Source: Balanoglossus misakiensis | Lineage: Eukaryota > Animalia > Hemichordata | Reading direction: 5' to 3' | DNA: 64,000 nucleotides | Assembly: GCA_040954595.2 (NCBI GenBank) | Contig: CM082583.2 | Span: forward strand, 3,853,060 to 3,917,059 | In this document: in pieces, positions 16,480 through 30,400 of the stretch | Layout of the letters: each line of letters begins with the position of its first letter | How positions within the stretch are numbered: position 1 is the first letter of the stretch | Made by a program: the position numbers and the translations under genes | Notes under the pieces: generated by a model | Databases searched by the model: none | Told to the model about the DNA's origin: nothing | What the model saw: the letters and a program-made list of their open reading frames with translations, nothing else

Positions 16480-19400
16480 TCACTTTTTCCCATCACGCAT
16501 ATTTCCACCACTTCTTTGATAAATTTGTTGATCTCTCTGTAAAGGAAATACAAAATATACATCTTGTTGTGAATTTGTAAATTGCCAAAACAGCGAATCA
16601 TAACAACACTGGCAGAAAAGCTGAACAAGTGACCGATACAGTTCCACTGTGATACTTTGCATTATTATACATCTAGTGCCGAGAACAATAGATTTTGGCG
16701 TGCAATAAAAAGCCGTACGGAACGGTACGTACGGAACGCGCGTTAAATAAGCCTTAGTTTCAAGGCGCCCCAAACTCACCGTGTACAGGTATGCGCTGTT
16801 ATGCGGACGGTTTCAAGGCGCCCGCATTCCAACGCACGTGCGCACACGTAAACAAAAAACAAAGATGGCTGCTCACTGAGTCAACTGAGCGGTTTTTGAT
16901 CGATTGTATCGGCATTTTGGGCGTTTTGAAAGCCAAGTAACATGCAACACAAGAACTAACGGAGATGTAAGATGTATAATAATAAGGTTATTACGAAAAT
17001 ACCGCAAAGTATGCACTCGGACATTAGCGCAGCGCATCGCCCTCCGCTACGCGTCGGGCGATACTCAGCGCTAATGTCCTCGTGCATACTTTGCGGTATT
17101 TTCGTAATAACCTCATATTATATACAAGAAAGCTGCTTCAGAATTAAATGGCACACATTTCTTCAGATTTGGAAAAACTTGACAGCAAAGTTAAAATTGC
17201 GATGCCGTAAAATTACCCCTTGGAACCTGCATACCAAATTTGAAAGCAATCGGACCAGTGGCTTCAGATTTTTTGTCCAAATGATGACAGATGCTGATGG
17301 ACAATCAATCACCCTATCTCTGATAAGCTCATTGTCATTGACAGGCGAGCGAAAAATTCAGGATTTTAGGGTACACATGCGGGTTCTGAATGACCTTTGC
17401 AAACGATCTGTAGCCATCCAGTTATTTTTATTTGTGAATATTCAGCATTATTATACATCTAGTGCCGAGAACAATAGATTTTGGCGTGCAATAAAAAGCC
17501 GTACGGAACGGTACGTACGGAACGCGCGTTAAATAAGCCTTAGTTTCAAGGCGCCCCAAACTCACCGTGTACAGGTATGCGCTGTTATGCGGACGGTTTC
17601 AAGGCGCCCGCATTCCAACGCACGTGCGCACACGTAAACAAAAAAGAAAGATGGCTGCTCACTGAGTCAACTGAGCGGTTTTCGATCGATTGAATCGGCA
17701 TTTTGGGCGTTTTGAAAGCCAAGTAACATGCAACACTAGAACTAACGGAGATGTAAGATGTATAATAATAAGGTTATTACGAAAATACCGCAAAGTATGC
17801 ACTCGGACATTAGCGCAGCGCATCGCCCTCCGCTACGCGTCGGGCGATACTCAGCGCTAATGTCCTCGTGCATACTTTGCGGTATTTTCGTAATAACCTC
17901 ATATTACTTTCAATCCATTTCCATGAACACTGCATGCATCACTCATGAAGTCTGCATGGCACAGATCCTGCACAAAGGGTCATGAAAATTATCATATAAA
18001 TTTGTTATCACACTAAACAACATGAAATATTGCATCACCTGCTGACGGATCAAACTAAGGTAAGGGCTTTGACTTGTCTGACTTGTGGTTGTGGTGGATG
18101 GTGGTACTGGCGGTGGTGGTCGAGCAGGAGCTCTTCCTTTTTTCTCTGGTAATTTGGGACTTTTTGGTCGATTTCTGTCTGGTAATGGTGGAGCAATGAA
18201 TGAACTGTCTCCTTGTCTCTGTGTCAAACCAGAAATGTAACTATTAAAGACATGATGATGCAAGCTGTATGTACATGACCAGAGTCTATGAGTTTAGATA
18301 AAAATTGCGATATTTAAAGTAGCTTTCTACAAAAGTTTTATTCCACTGGTTGAAATTCATGTGCACACTGACTTCCATACTGTCTGAAAGACACAACTAA
18401 ACTACTGTCAAACATGATATTTCGCGAGTTGAAATTTCGCGATATCGAGAGAGGCCACTGTTACGCGAGTATTAATTTTTGAGTTTAACAATGTAGTACA
18501 TCACACATTGTTCTTTCACAACTATATTTACCCCAGTCTTTATTTTCGCGTTTTTTTGGCTCTCGCGTATTTCGGGTAAATTTATTGCTCACGGAAATAA
18601 CATGTTTTACAGTATGTCTTACAATTTCTGGCCAATTCAAAAATGTGACTTTTGTGTTACACTGTTATCACAGTAATTGACCCAGTCATGTGCCAATTTT
18701 GACTCAATATGTAAAACAGGAAATCTAATACTTCAAGCAAACTTACTTCAGACGTGGTGTTTGTTCTTGAAGCAGGCAATGGTGGTGGAGGCCTCACAGC
18801 AGGAGCCCGCACTGAACCAAGCAACTCAGCATAGTCAGCCAGCTCACCCTCTTTCTGCAAAGAAAATGAAAAGATTCATGAAAATGCACTTTGACACAGA
18901 ACATCGTCATGTTCAAAATAATCACCTTTCATCAGCAAAGTGAGATGAATTTTGTGATTGAAACCTAGTTTCCCTCTACAGCTATACTAAACTAGCTGAG
19001 CTGAGATAATCACACTTGATGTTCAAGAAAGTCTCAGTCTGTCTCTTTATTTGGGACATTAGATTTTCGTTCTATAAATGCAGCACAATAAATACATGAT
19101 TTGTAACAGAAAATACTGACTGTGGAAACTTAATCAGTGTGATTAAGATATTTTAAAAATCAGGAGTTTTACTTCAAATAAAAACAGTCTTTCAAAGTGT
19201 GTTAAGTCAATAACGCAATTTTCTGTATAAATTCATTTTAATCGAAAAAGGGTAACTCCATACCTGTCCACATGGCTCTTTTAAAATGTCTCCGTATGGT
19301 GAGATTGGATTCTGAAAAAAAGGAAAAGATATAAGAACAAAATTCCAAACCCAAACCCAGCAGTCTTCTACTTTCTATTTCATACTAAAATCAACTAAAA

Positions 19401-19806
19401 TTTGGACAGAGGGTGACAAAATGCCTTTATTTCTCAAGAGACTAAAACATTACACCTGTCCAATTTCCCGACACCATAGAACTATATTTCCCTTCACTTC
19501 GCTTACAACCAGTATAAACTTACCTTCTGATGATAAAGTACCAATGCTGCCAAACTCAGATGAACTTTGGGTTCTCCAACAACAACGTATTTACCACTGG
19601 GAGTCTGGTCAATCATAAAATGTTTGCATCTTTCTTTCACTCTAAGAAAAAAAAGAAAAGATGTTTCTGAGGCTAAGAATCCACTGAACCTAAATGTTTT
19701 CATTTGATACAGCATTCAGCTTTATCATGATGTGTAGGCAGGAGAAGTATATGTGCATGACTCTGTTACCACCATCACCAATGCCACTACTACTTTCACC
19801 ACCACC

Positions 19807-19900
<94 letters not shown>

Positions 19901-22900
19901 CCACCATCATCATCATCATCACCATCATCACAATACTCACCTAAATGAAAGAGAATATCCAAATCTGCTTTCACTGACTCGGATCAAAAAACAACCAATA
20001 GGTTTGTCCCAAAGAAGGTTCTCAGCATCTCTGTGAAAAGAGGAACAGCAGAATACAATGGAAGATTGAATTACAGACATATGTCTTATATGCAGTCTCA
20101 TTAACCATAGAGAAATTATGAAGTTTGGATTTTGGATGAAGACTTACAAAAACATCAAGATAAGTGCATGTTGTGTTCCCTGTAACTGAAAAGTCAAGGT
20201 CACCTTTGAGGAGTGTTAGTCGTGTTAAGGTTAGGAACGCCTTACGCAATGCCGCACAAAAGTGCAGCTTATCTCAAACAAGTGATATTAAAGCTCCATT
20301 AGATGTAACTTTTTCACTACGATTATGTTTGTTTTGTGTATCTGGCGCAGTTTCTTGTTCAAATTCCTAAAACACGATGAAATGCCCAACACAAAATGCA
20401 TGTTTATAGTCAGCATCGTTAATAACAATGGCTGTTACACACATACAGGCTCTGCTGACAAGTAGAGTACTGGATATATTAACATGCTGTTTGGATGGAA
20501 CAAGAAATCGCATTTGGCACACAGAACAAAAATACTGAAAATAAAGCCATAAGTTACACCTAATGTCCCTTTAAACATAGTGAGATTTCTTACCTTCTTG
20601 TAATAATGCCATGGAACCATTCAGCAAATCCTTCTGTTCCTTTCAGTTGCTGGGACTGTGTCTCTTTAAACCATCGAATTGAAGCTTGTTTGGTTCCTTC
20701 CGGACCAAATCTCATGTTCTTCTTGGTCCTCACAAATTCATCCTCTAAAATATCTTCTTCTGAATCGTCTGCCTCATCATACTGAAACCAAATAACACAA
20801 TACAAGCAGTCATAAATAAGCTGATTCCATTCATAACACCTTGTTCCATTTCTTACATATAAATCATAGCAGAAAGATATCAGGATTTGTGATCTTGTTA
20901 TTGACAGCTATGAGAGAATTCACATCCACCTATGAAGTATGCTGCAGAAGAAGAATTCAAGTCGAAAAGCCGAGAATCAAAGCAAGATCTTAAAGGGAAG
21001 CGGTCAACGCGCCGCGTGGGTGTCCCCCCTTGATGAGAATATGTCCACCCATACCAGCGCAAACCCCACTGCAGTCGCTAGGACCTACTAGGATCTTCAG
21101 TTGCTGTCATGCCCAGTCTATGCTACGGTTGGCTGCTTTGTTCATTCTAAGAATGATCTAATTTCAGGGATTTGTGGATGAATTGTAATGTTTATAAACA
21201 AACAAACGCGGTGTGATGAACCACTTCCCTTTAAAGATTTGATGCGGCCAGAGCTTGAGATCTACTACCACCTTCATACTTTTATTGCAATGTTCGGCAT
21301 TCAGTCACAGTCAGTTTTGAAACAAAACTGAGTGTAAAGATAAAATTTGTACAGAAATGACATGCAGTAGATATCAGCCTTTGATTTGTCACAGAAGTGA
21401 AATAACAAAGGTGGTAGATTTCTTAGGAAACAGGTCCTACATTTTTCAGCCAATATTCATTGTATTCAAAATTAATTTGGTGGGCTTTAGTTGAGCTTAT
21501 TCATACTGAAACCAAAAGTCAAGTTATTAAAGACAGAAATTATGACTGATCCTATACTGTAAACAGACACTACATACATGTGTATACCAATGGAAGCTGA
21601 AGAGGAGCAGGTCTCTTTTAAGGCATGTTTTAATTTTGACATACCTCTGGTTCATCTTGAGTACTCTCTTTCTGGTTTTCTGCTTGTTTTTTGACTTCCG
21701 TTGTTGCGTGTGGAGGTACAGGAGGACAGGGCAACACAGTGTCACTATTAAATCTACTTGAAGCATCAGTCTTCTGGAGTTTTGTGAAGAAACCTGTTAA
21801 AAATGATACAAAGTCTTGATTTGTTAGTTAACTTAGATTTTCCTGTAAACATCTTAATTTTTTTGAATTCATAAAAATGTTTGTATCTAAAGATCAGAAT
21901 GGCTGTGGTCAACTCCTATATACATGTACCATTTGAGTTCTTTTTGAATACAAAAAATTTTCAAGTGCAAAGTTCATCCTGATTTTTAACACATACATGT
22001 ACAAACGTCATTAATCGTGTAGTACATTTTGAACCAGTTGTTCTTAGAAACCACAAAAAACTGCATAACAATGCATTTCACTAAAATGTTGCATAATTTG
22101 ATAACCAGTTGAATATGGAGACTATTCTACCTTCTCTACCACAAATATAATTTAAACATTGACTTTGTGGTGTACATGTAATACAAGAATGTAACCTCCC
22201 TTTTTCGATAAACTTTGAGAGTGCATGAAATCACAGAAATGCAGTAATGACAAGACAGGTACATGGTAACCATTTTCCACTTTTCTGAGATTTTTTTCAA
22301 GAATTTTGTTTGATATGAAAAGCTGTTCCTGTTGTTTGACTACTTGAAACACACTGAAATACTGGAGTAGAAAACTCAATCTCTGCTAAGCTTGTAGACA
22401 GATAAGATTGAACATTCAGTGAAACGTACAATTTGTGGTCTATGCACTGTAATTCAATGCTGAGTCAACTTTTGTTCATGTACTTGACTGCATACTAGCC
22501 AGTGTTGTATAATGACATCACAGACAAAATCACCATTTTTCATACAGCAAAGGGGTAATTTCTGAGTTACATAATGAACTTGCCTTGTGGGATGCTGGTA
22601 TCACTTTTCAGCAGATGTTGTTGTTTTTCAAAACTGTTGATACTCAACGTTTCAATACGACTGAGAAAACTGCTTGCAACGTTCTTCAATCTTCTTTCTT
22701 GTTCCTTCATCTTTGTGAATCTTCTTCTAGCCAAGAATCCCCTTACAACTACATTTTGTAAAGAAAACATGAGAATGCATAATCAATAAAAAGTCACAGT
22801 CCGATTGGATTAATAGATTTTAGAAAAACATTAGCACAATGGAATCAGTGAAGGCATGTCTGGAAAATGGCTCTGAAAATGTTTCTAACAATTTAAGTAT

Positions 22901-25900
22901 GAAACTGCAGTACCATATTGGACCATATCACAAATAATCACTGACAAATACTTGATATGCACAAGTGCATGTATGTCTTTGTATTTGGGAAAGGGAGGTG
23001 GGCAAAGTTGGTTAATGGACTTGCTTGCTATGTGAACTGTATGGTACATGTAGGTCTGGGTTCGAGTACCATAAAATACAATTTCATTATTTATAGTATG
23101 AAATTAATATGTTATCAAAAACACAATAAAAGTAAAAACTGTGTTTTATCATACAGGGAAATAAACATTTATATACCTTTCTGCATAAGAACAGATGCCT
23201 GTATCATCTTCGCTATTTTGTCTGCCAATTCATCCGCATGGTAATATTTCAGAAAAACTTTTGTTTTCCTATGAGGAAATTAATGATAATATCGTGTTAT
23301 TGCACTATCACATACATCAATAATAATATGCTCTAGGTGTGTTTAATCAAAGTGCCGCTAGACAACTGGAAACTTCAACCACTGATTGGGAGTTCATTGT
23401 GAGCATAGGACTGGACTAATAAGGGGGGGAGGGGGGTGTCGCTTAGACTGCTTTCAGCATATACATGTCTCCTACGAGGTTGGATAACAATTAGAAGTCA
23501 ATTATGCCAAGTGTTATTGTCGTCTGATTTTGTTAAAATCCAAGAAAAAACACTGAATATGTAGCCTGTGGGCCTTCAATTCAAGTTCAAAAAATGACCT
23601 GGTCCAAACAATTATAGTACAAGGACAGGTTATAATATTCACTGACAATTCCATATTGAAAACAGTAGAATGGGAAGTTCAGAAAGTAGCATCTATCAGT
23701 TATGACAGGACACATTTTCAGATTAATACTATTATCTATTACAAAACTGCTTGACGACTCTGTAAGATGAAAACGACATTCCAAGGTGATACTGGTTTCT
23801 ATTTGTGGTCTAATTTTATTTACCCAATCTGCCAGTTCTCCAATCCCGCAGCTCTCAAGATTTGAATACATCCATTCTTGTCGAGTGAAAGTCTGGATTT
23901 TAAAGCCAGGACTCTGTATCTGTTGAAATAAAAAACATAACATTGTGTAAACCGTAATGTCTTGTACAATAATACATCATCACTTTGATAGAACAAAGCC
24001 ATGAAACTATGGCTTAATTATCATGATGTTGGTTTTGGTTTGACACAACCAAACTTCTTGGCAACATCCACAGCCACTAGAATCAATGTTGGGAAATCAG
24101 ATTATTAAAAGCCTCTAGAGCTACCAAATTTCACATATTTTTTCCACAATACAATTCCCTTTGAAATCCCCACCATTAAGCCATATAACTTGTATAAATT
24201 ACATCATTTTTTTATCTGTTGGCCACGCATACAACAACAGATTTGTACTGTTTGTATAGATTCTGATTAAAAGGGTGCAGCTACCGTTTAATATATAGCC
24301 TGTTCAAATTGCAATATGCAGTCACAATCGGGCGTCAATGAGATGTTCATGTATACCTATCAGTAAGCTTATTTAGATGGACCAATCGAAGTTGGAAAAT
24401 AGAATCATGAAAATAATACAAAAAGTGGCAGCTCTAGTGGCTTTAATGCCAACTGTACATATGAGAATATGCGAGAAACTTCAGAAGCCATGCATGATTG
24501 GCAATACATTTCAAGCAATAGTTTCAACAATTATACATTATCCATATACAATACATTAAATGAATCTACACAGATACTCATTTGAGCGATTGGTGGAACC
24601 GGTACAGTACAGAAAGTTTCAAGAGGATGGTAACTACTTACTGTTGTACAAAGTCACTGAACGACTCTCTGATAGCATAGCCTTGTTTCCTGATTCTTGT
24701 TGTTTCCAACATGCCACAATACCTTAACTTTAAGAGAATTAAAAAGAAAACAAAATTAAATTAGAATGGGCAACTTTTTTATTTTCGCATTTATTTTGGC
24801 TCTCGTGTAGTTCGCAAAAAATTATCAATCATGAAAATTTCCCATTTTACAGTATCACAGCGTAAAATAAGCATCATCTCTAACAGTCACAATGACAACA
24901 CAGACATGTACATGTAAACCCACAGCCATATAAGGACTTACATCACACTGGGCATGGCAGTAAATTTGTATATTAGAACTTATTGTACTTCACACTGATG
25001 AAAACATAGCTTGAAAATATTACACACCTGTACCAAGACAAAATCATCTTGAAAGTTATTTGCTGACTTGGAAGTATTTGGTTTAACACATCTCACAAAG
25101 TGTGGATTGCATGCAGACATTTTCTCCATAAGGACATTCAAGGAATTCTGCAAGACATACAAAAAGACAGATGACATGAGTATATCAAAAGGAAAATACA
25201 AATAAAAAACTTTGGAAGAATTTCCAGATGCTGTCATGCAACATTGTAATTTCATTCAATTCTTACCTTGAACTGTGCACTCAGGGTTAATTTTCTAACG
25301 CCTGTCTTTTTGGGCATTTGTACAGTCCTCTAATACAGAAAAGAGAAGAAGACTGATGAAAAGACTTTTTTACAACACTGAGTTGCTTCTACAGGATCAT
25401 TATGAAACAACCATTCTCCAATACAGATAACTCCATCAAGCTAAACTTCATTCGAAACATAAGTACTATATTTGAGATATTCTGAAATTTTTACAACGGA
25501 TCAACTCTAGGCACTGGCTTGTTTGCTTCCCCCATTCCTGTTCCTTTTTTATAGTCATGAAGGGCATAAAATAAAATGAAGGGATAAAGTCTCTCTTATT
25601 CTACTTTTTTGATATCATAAATCCATTAAATACGTACTCCAAATCAAAAAGTAACTGACAAGATTACCACATTTACATACATGTGATTTGAACCAGCCGC
25701 AATGTTTAACCCCAGCACTATAATCAGGGTTAGAGACCATTTATTCATTTTAATATGCTGAGTTTTTTACTGGTGCGTATAAGCTGAATGGAAGTTGATT
25801 CCCTATGTCAAATAACAGTGTCTTGTATCGAACAAAATTAATGAAAAAAATGGCAGAAAAAAAGAGACTTTGTCCCTTTTTATAGGGAAAGAGAGCACAC

Positions 25901-27410
25901 TGCTACATCTGATTTGAATATTAGCCTCTTACCTTTCTCCTACTGAAGCCTTTACTCGTTCTCATCTGTAATGCTAGTGTTCCTGTTCTTGTGATTGTAC
26001 CTGGTATTGAAATGCAACATTATTCAAACATGTCCTGCATGTTAATTTTTTCATAGACATACAATCAACAATACCCTTGATTAGTGGATGTTTGCTAAAG
26101 GTCACCACCAGGGAACTAACTCCTAAAAATCACAACAATATGACAAGTATTTTTGGTCCCTATGAAGGTTGGGTTTTGTCAACAAACAAGTCAAGTTTTT
26201 TAAATGGCAAACTTTTCTTAAAAAGAAAAATATGCCTGGTAGATTTTGTCACAATATGAAGAAGTCACAGCTCTGTGGGATTTATAAACTAAGATCAATA
26301 TTTCAGAATGCAAATTTGAAAGAAGTAAGACCAAGCATGCCATAGCTATAATTGCTCTGGATGTAAAACAACTACTAATTAGCCATCTTTAATTATGACG
26401 CCCATGAGCATAACACAAATCTGAATAAATCGGAAGATTTAGTTTTAGAGACAAGTAAATTGACCAAAAGTTTATTTATGAAGTGACAACTGATGAATGT
26501 TCAAGATTTTTGACAAGCTGTGTAGTCTGTCTCTGACAGCAGAGCTAAACATATCACAGAATACATCAATTGTGGAAACAGATTGAAAGATTGATAACTG
26601 ATACATACATGTACACATCTTTTACTAACCTCTGAAAATCTGACTCAGGAGATCGTTTTTGCTTTCCTGCAGTAACTGCATGACACCTTGTGGCAATGAA
26701 TCTCTGTTCTTCTCCAGAAAACTATCAGCAGAGTACTCCACCTTTGCAAAGAGAAGTAGTACGGTACATGCATGTTAGCATATTGACAAACATAAACCTA
26801 ACAAACCATTACTTTGTCATGATGATTTTCTATGAAAGTTACAATTTCTGTGCCTCATCTTTACATATATTCAGTATTAAAGGTAGGTGACCTTGTACCT
26901 TTAAACTACAGGTTACTGAGCTACGTTATTTTGTCCCTAACATGTATGTACATGTAAGGTATTCATTCAGTGACCACATCAATTAAATTTCTTGATAAAG
27001 TTGTATAAGGTACTAGTCTTCAAATACACACAAGAATTTCATATGAGGAATTTTCAAAACAGAAATGGGGTTGAAAGGGTTACGAGGGTCTATGGATGAA
27101 TAAAACTTGCATGTGAACAACACTTTGAATTCAAATTAGACAAATGAAACTTACCCTGGCCGCATAGTGTTCAATGCTGAAATTATTACTCCTTGCATCT
27201 CTGGCTTTGATGTAGAAGTGGGTACCAACGAAATTGCGATTCATTTTTTCTACAAATGTATGGTCAGTTGCCTGTAAAATTAATACATGTAAAAATCAAT
27301 TAGAAAATCATACAAGAAAATGTTATTTTTGAATTTGTTTTACTACTTCACATGCACATGCACATATATACATACATACATACTTACATACAGACAGACA
27401 GATATACATG

Positions 27411-27446
<36 letters not shown>

Positions 27447-30400
27447 TCAACACCTGTAGTGTAAACAAATTGTGCTAAAAAGTTATGAAATCTCACTTGA
27501 GGAAAATGACTCTCTTCATCAAGCAATGCCAAGATACCAATCGGCCGACCTAAAAATAAGTCCTAAAATGAGAGAAAAAAAGGTACGATAAATAGGAGTT
27601 TGTAAAATCTATGAGACCTAAAAAGCGGAAAACATATTTTAAAATCAGAGCGCCTAGCCACATGGAATTACAACCTTTTTGTAAACATTGGATGACACGA
27701 ACGCTTGCCTAAGTGAATGAATAGAAATAGTGAAATGGTGAATGATTATCATGGATTTATCCCATTCACTTACCAAGAGGGGTTGATTGTTGACAAATGG
27801 GATCTTGGTCCAATCAATACCTTCTGCCTGGTATTCTTCTTGTTCCATCATAAATATATGCTAGGAATCATAAAAGGGCAAGGCAAATATTACTAGATAT
27901 ACATGTACTCCCAATGCAGTACACATAAACAGCAAATGGGCCTGTGTTAAAAAGCAAATTGCATGGTAAATCAAATATATATTTCACAAATGTGCATGTT
28001 TAGTTTGGCTTTGAACTCGGGGTTGTATATCTCAATAACTACTAAATTTGTTACAAAATTTATTGAAATTAGCCTATCAGATGTACAGTCGCTATATGCT
28101 GGTTCATATCTGCAAATCCTGTTATAGGGATACTGAACAGTTCAAGTTATTCCACTTGTTGAGATATATTGACTCCACAGTCTTACTCGCCAATATGTTG
28201 ATTCAATGTCTAAAACATATGAATAGGCGTACCTGGTTGAAGAAAAACTGAAGTTGTTCATTGGCTAGATTGATACAAGCCTGTTCAAAGCTATTATCCT
28301 CAAAATGTTCAAAGCCAAATATATCCAGAATGCCTGAAATAAAAACATATTTGTCAATATCATTAATATTTCTACCCATTCTGACAATTTATTCGGATTT
28401 TTAATTAATCTCCTGCTGAACAAATTCCTGATCTCAACTCTGTTTAAGCATAAGAATCAATACTCTAATGAGATGATAAATACAGCAATGGTCCTACAGT
28501 TAGACAGAAGCCTTCCTTTGTATGCAACAGTAGACGTAAATATCAGAACTCCAATGTTGGTTTCAATGTGATGTCAGTAACTTACCAATTTCCAAAGATT
28601 GTTGAGGATACTGCATCTCTGATGGAGCCAATAGTTGATTGATCTTATTAACAATCCAACTGAACAATCGCCCATACAATGCCTTGGTCATAGCATCACG
28701 GGAATCTAAGAAATCCAATCAAAATTTACAATTAAAAGATTACTAGTTGTAATTTTTAACAGCTAATGTTACAAAGACCAAAGCTGATAAAGTTAACCAC
28801 TATTAATTTCCTTTGCAATGTTCCAATCTCCCTGGGAAGGTTGGTTGGTTACCGGTAATTGGTTCTTGGTATCATAGCTGGCCACTCTTTTTCACTTAGT
28901 GGAATTTGATTGGGCAAGCGACATACTAGATGTCCGTCTGTTTTTTCTACCTGCAATTCCTGCTCTAATTATTCACATTTCTTGCATTGATTGAATGAAT
29001 GAATGAATGAATGAACAAACGAATGAAAACATTTTAAAATGACACTGGGTTTTCAGTACAGTACAAAAGATCCTTTTCAGCACCTATCTGAACAATAATC
29101 AGAGTAACTGAGAAAAAAACTTTTGGATGTTTGGTTTCTTTAATCAATCATGTTTACCTCTGTCACAGGAACTGAGAAAAGACAGGTTGTGCATCTTTTC
29201 ACTGAAGGTCTATACTTTCCAAAGGTTTTAATGTACACATTTCTTACCTTCGGCATATTCTTTGGTATAATTTCTTTGTACAACTTCTCCTTTGGTGACA
29301 GTTTGACTGTGTGTAAGGATATCATTGATCAGCTGTGGCTCGATTCCCAACAGGCTCTGCAGCAAGGGTAGAAGACATATTTTTGGTGAAATTCAACAAG
29401 AACATCAACAACACGTGTCTAATAATCCAAATCATTTGCAACATATTTTGTTCAATTAAAAACACGTAGTTTAAGGTATGACGTGAGTCCATATGCTGTG
29501 TTTTCAGTTACAGCTGCATTTAATGTCCCTTTCAATTTTTCATTTAATACAAGATTGACATTTTCCCCCACACACTTAGGACCTTGCAAACCAACGTCCA
29601 CAGCAATTGTGATAGTAGATCATTTTTCCCATGATTTGATCAAATTGGGACGAAATTGTATTCATTCATTTGACACCATCATAACGAACCCATAATGATC
29701 TATTGCTTGCATTGGCATGACGTTTATTTACATCATTGCTGTACTTATTTCCATTCGAGCGAATTTAAACTGAATGACTGCTTCTGACTATATATAATGA
29801 TGGCCACCAACTACTCTGGTAAACCCACACATGTACATGTAATCACCCACTGTTATACACAGATGGTGGAGCTAATAAAAAGACACCATACTGGATGAAA
29901 GATCTGGTTCATAAACACAAACTTACCGCGACCACTTCAAGAGGAGCAGTATGTTTGAGGTAGGCAGCATCGTTGTCATTGCTTTCAAACTCTATATTTC
30001 CCATACTGAGCACAGCAGACAGAATTCTAAACATATCTGTTTGTTCCTATAAAAAATGCAACAAAGTCGAAGGTTATAATATCAACGAAGAATAGCACTC
30101 TTTTTAATAATTTGAATCTTTATGAGAACATTCCTAATAACCTGTACACAAAATTTCATCAGACAAGGATTTCTGAGAAAAAAATTTTATATAGAAAATT
30201 TGGTACCAAAAAGGTAGGCCGTCCAGAAGCAGGATGTCCCTGAATCAGTCTGGGGTTCAAATTAACCCTTTCAAGCCTGGCATTCTGGGAACATATGCGA
30301 ATTTCTCCTATATATAGGATATCCGGCCAGAAAGGGTTAAATATCACCAGTTAATCATTGGGTCTTGGAGTCTTGATTTCAAACATGTAAGTAAAATAAG

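Noticed and set aside
16972-17532. 186-aa ORF and its 75-aa twin at 17758
   Set aside because: Read-through of the hairpin repeat and spacer; no transposase-like motifs.
19690-19974. Poly-D/S/M/I ORFs
   Set aside because: Microsatellite translations inside a myosin intron.
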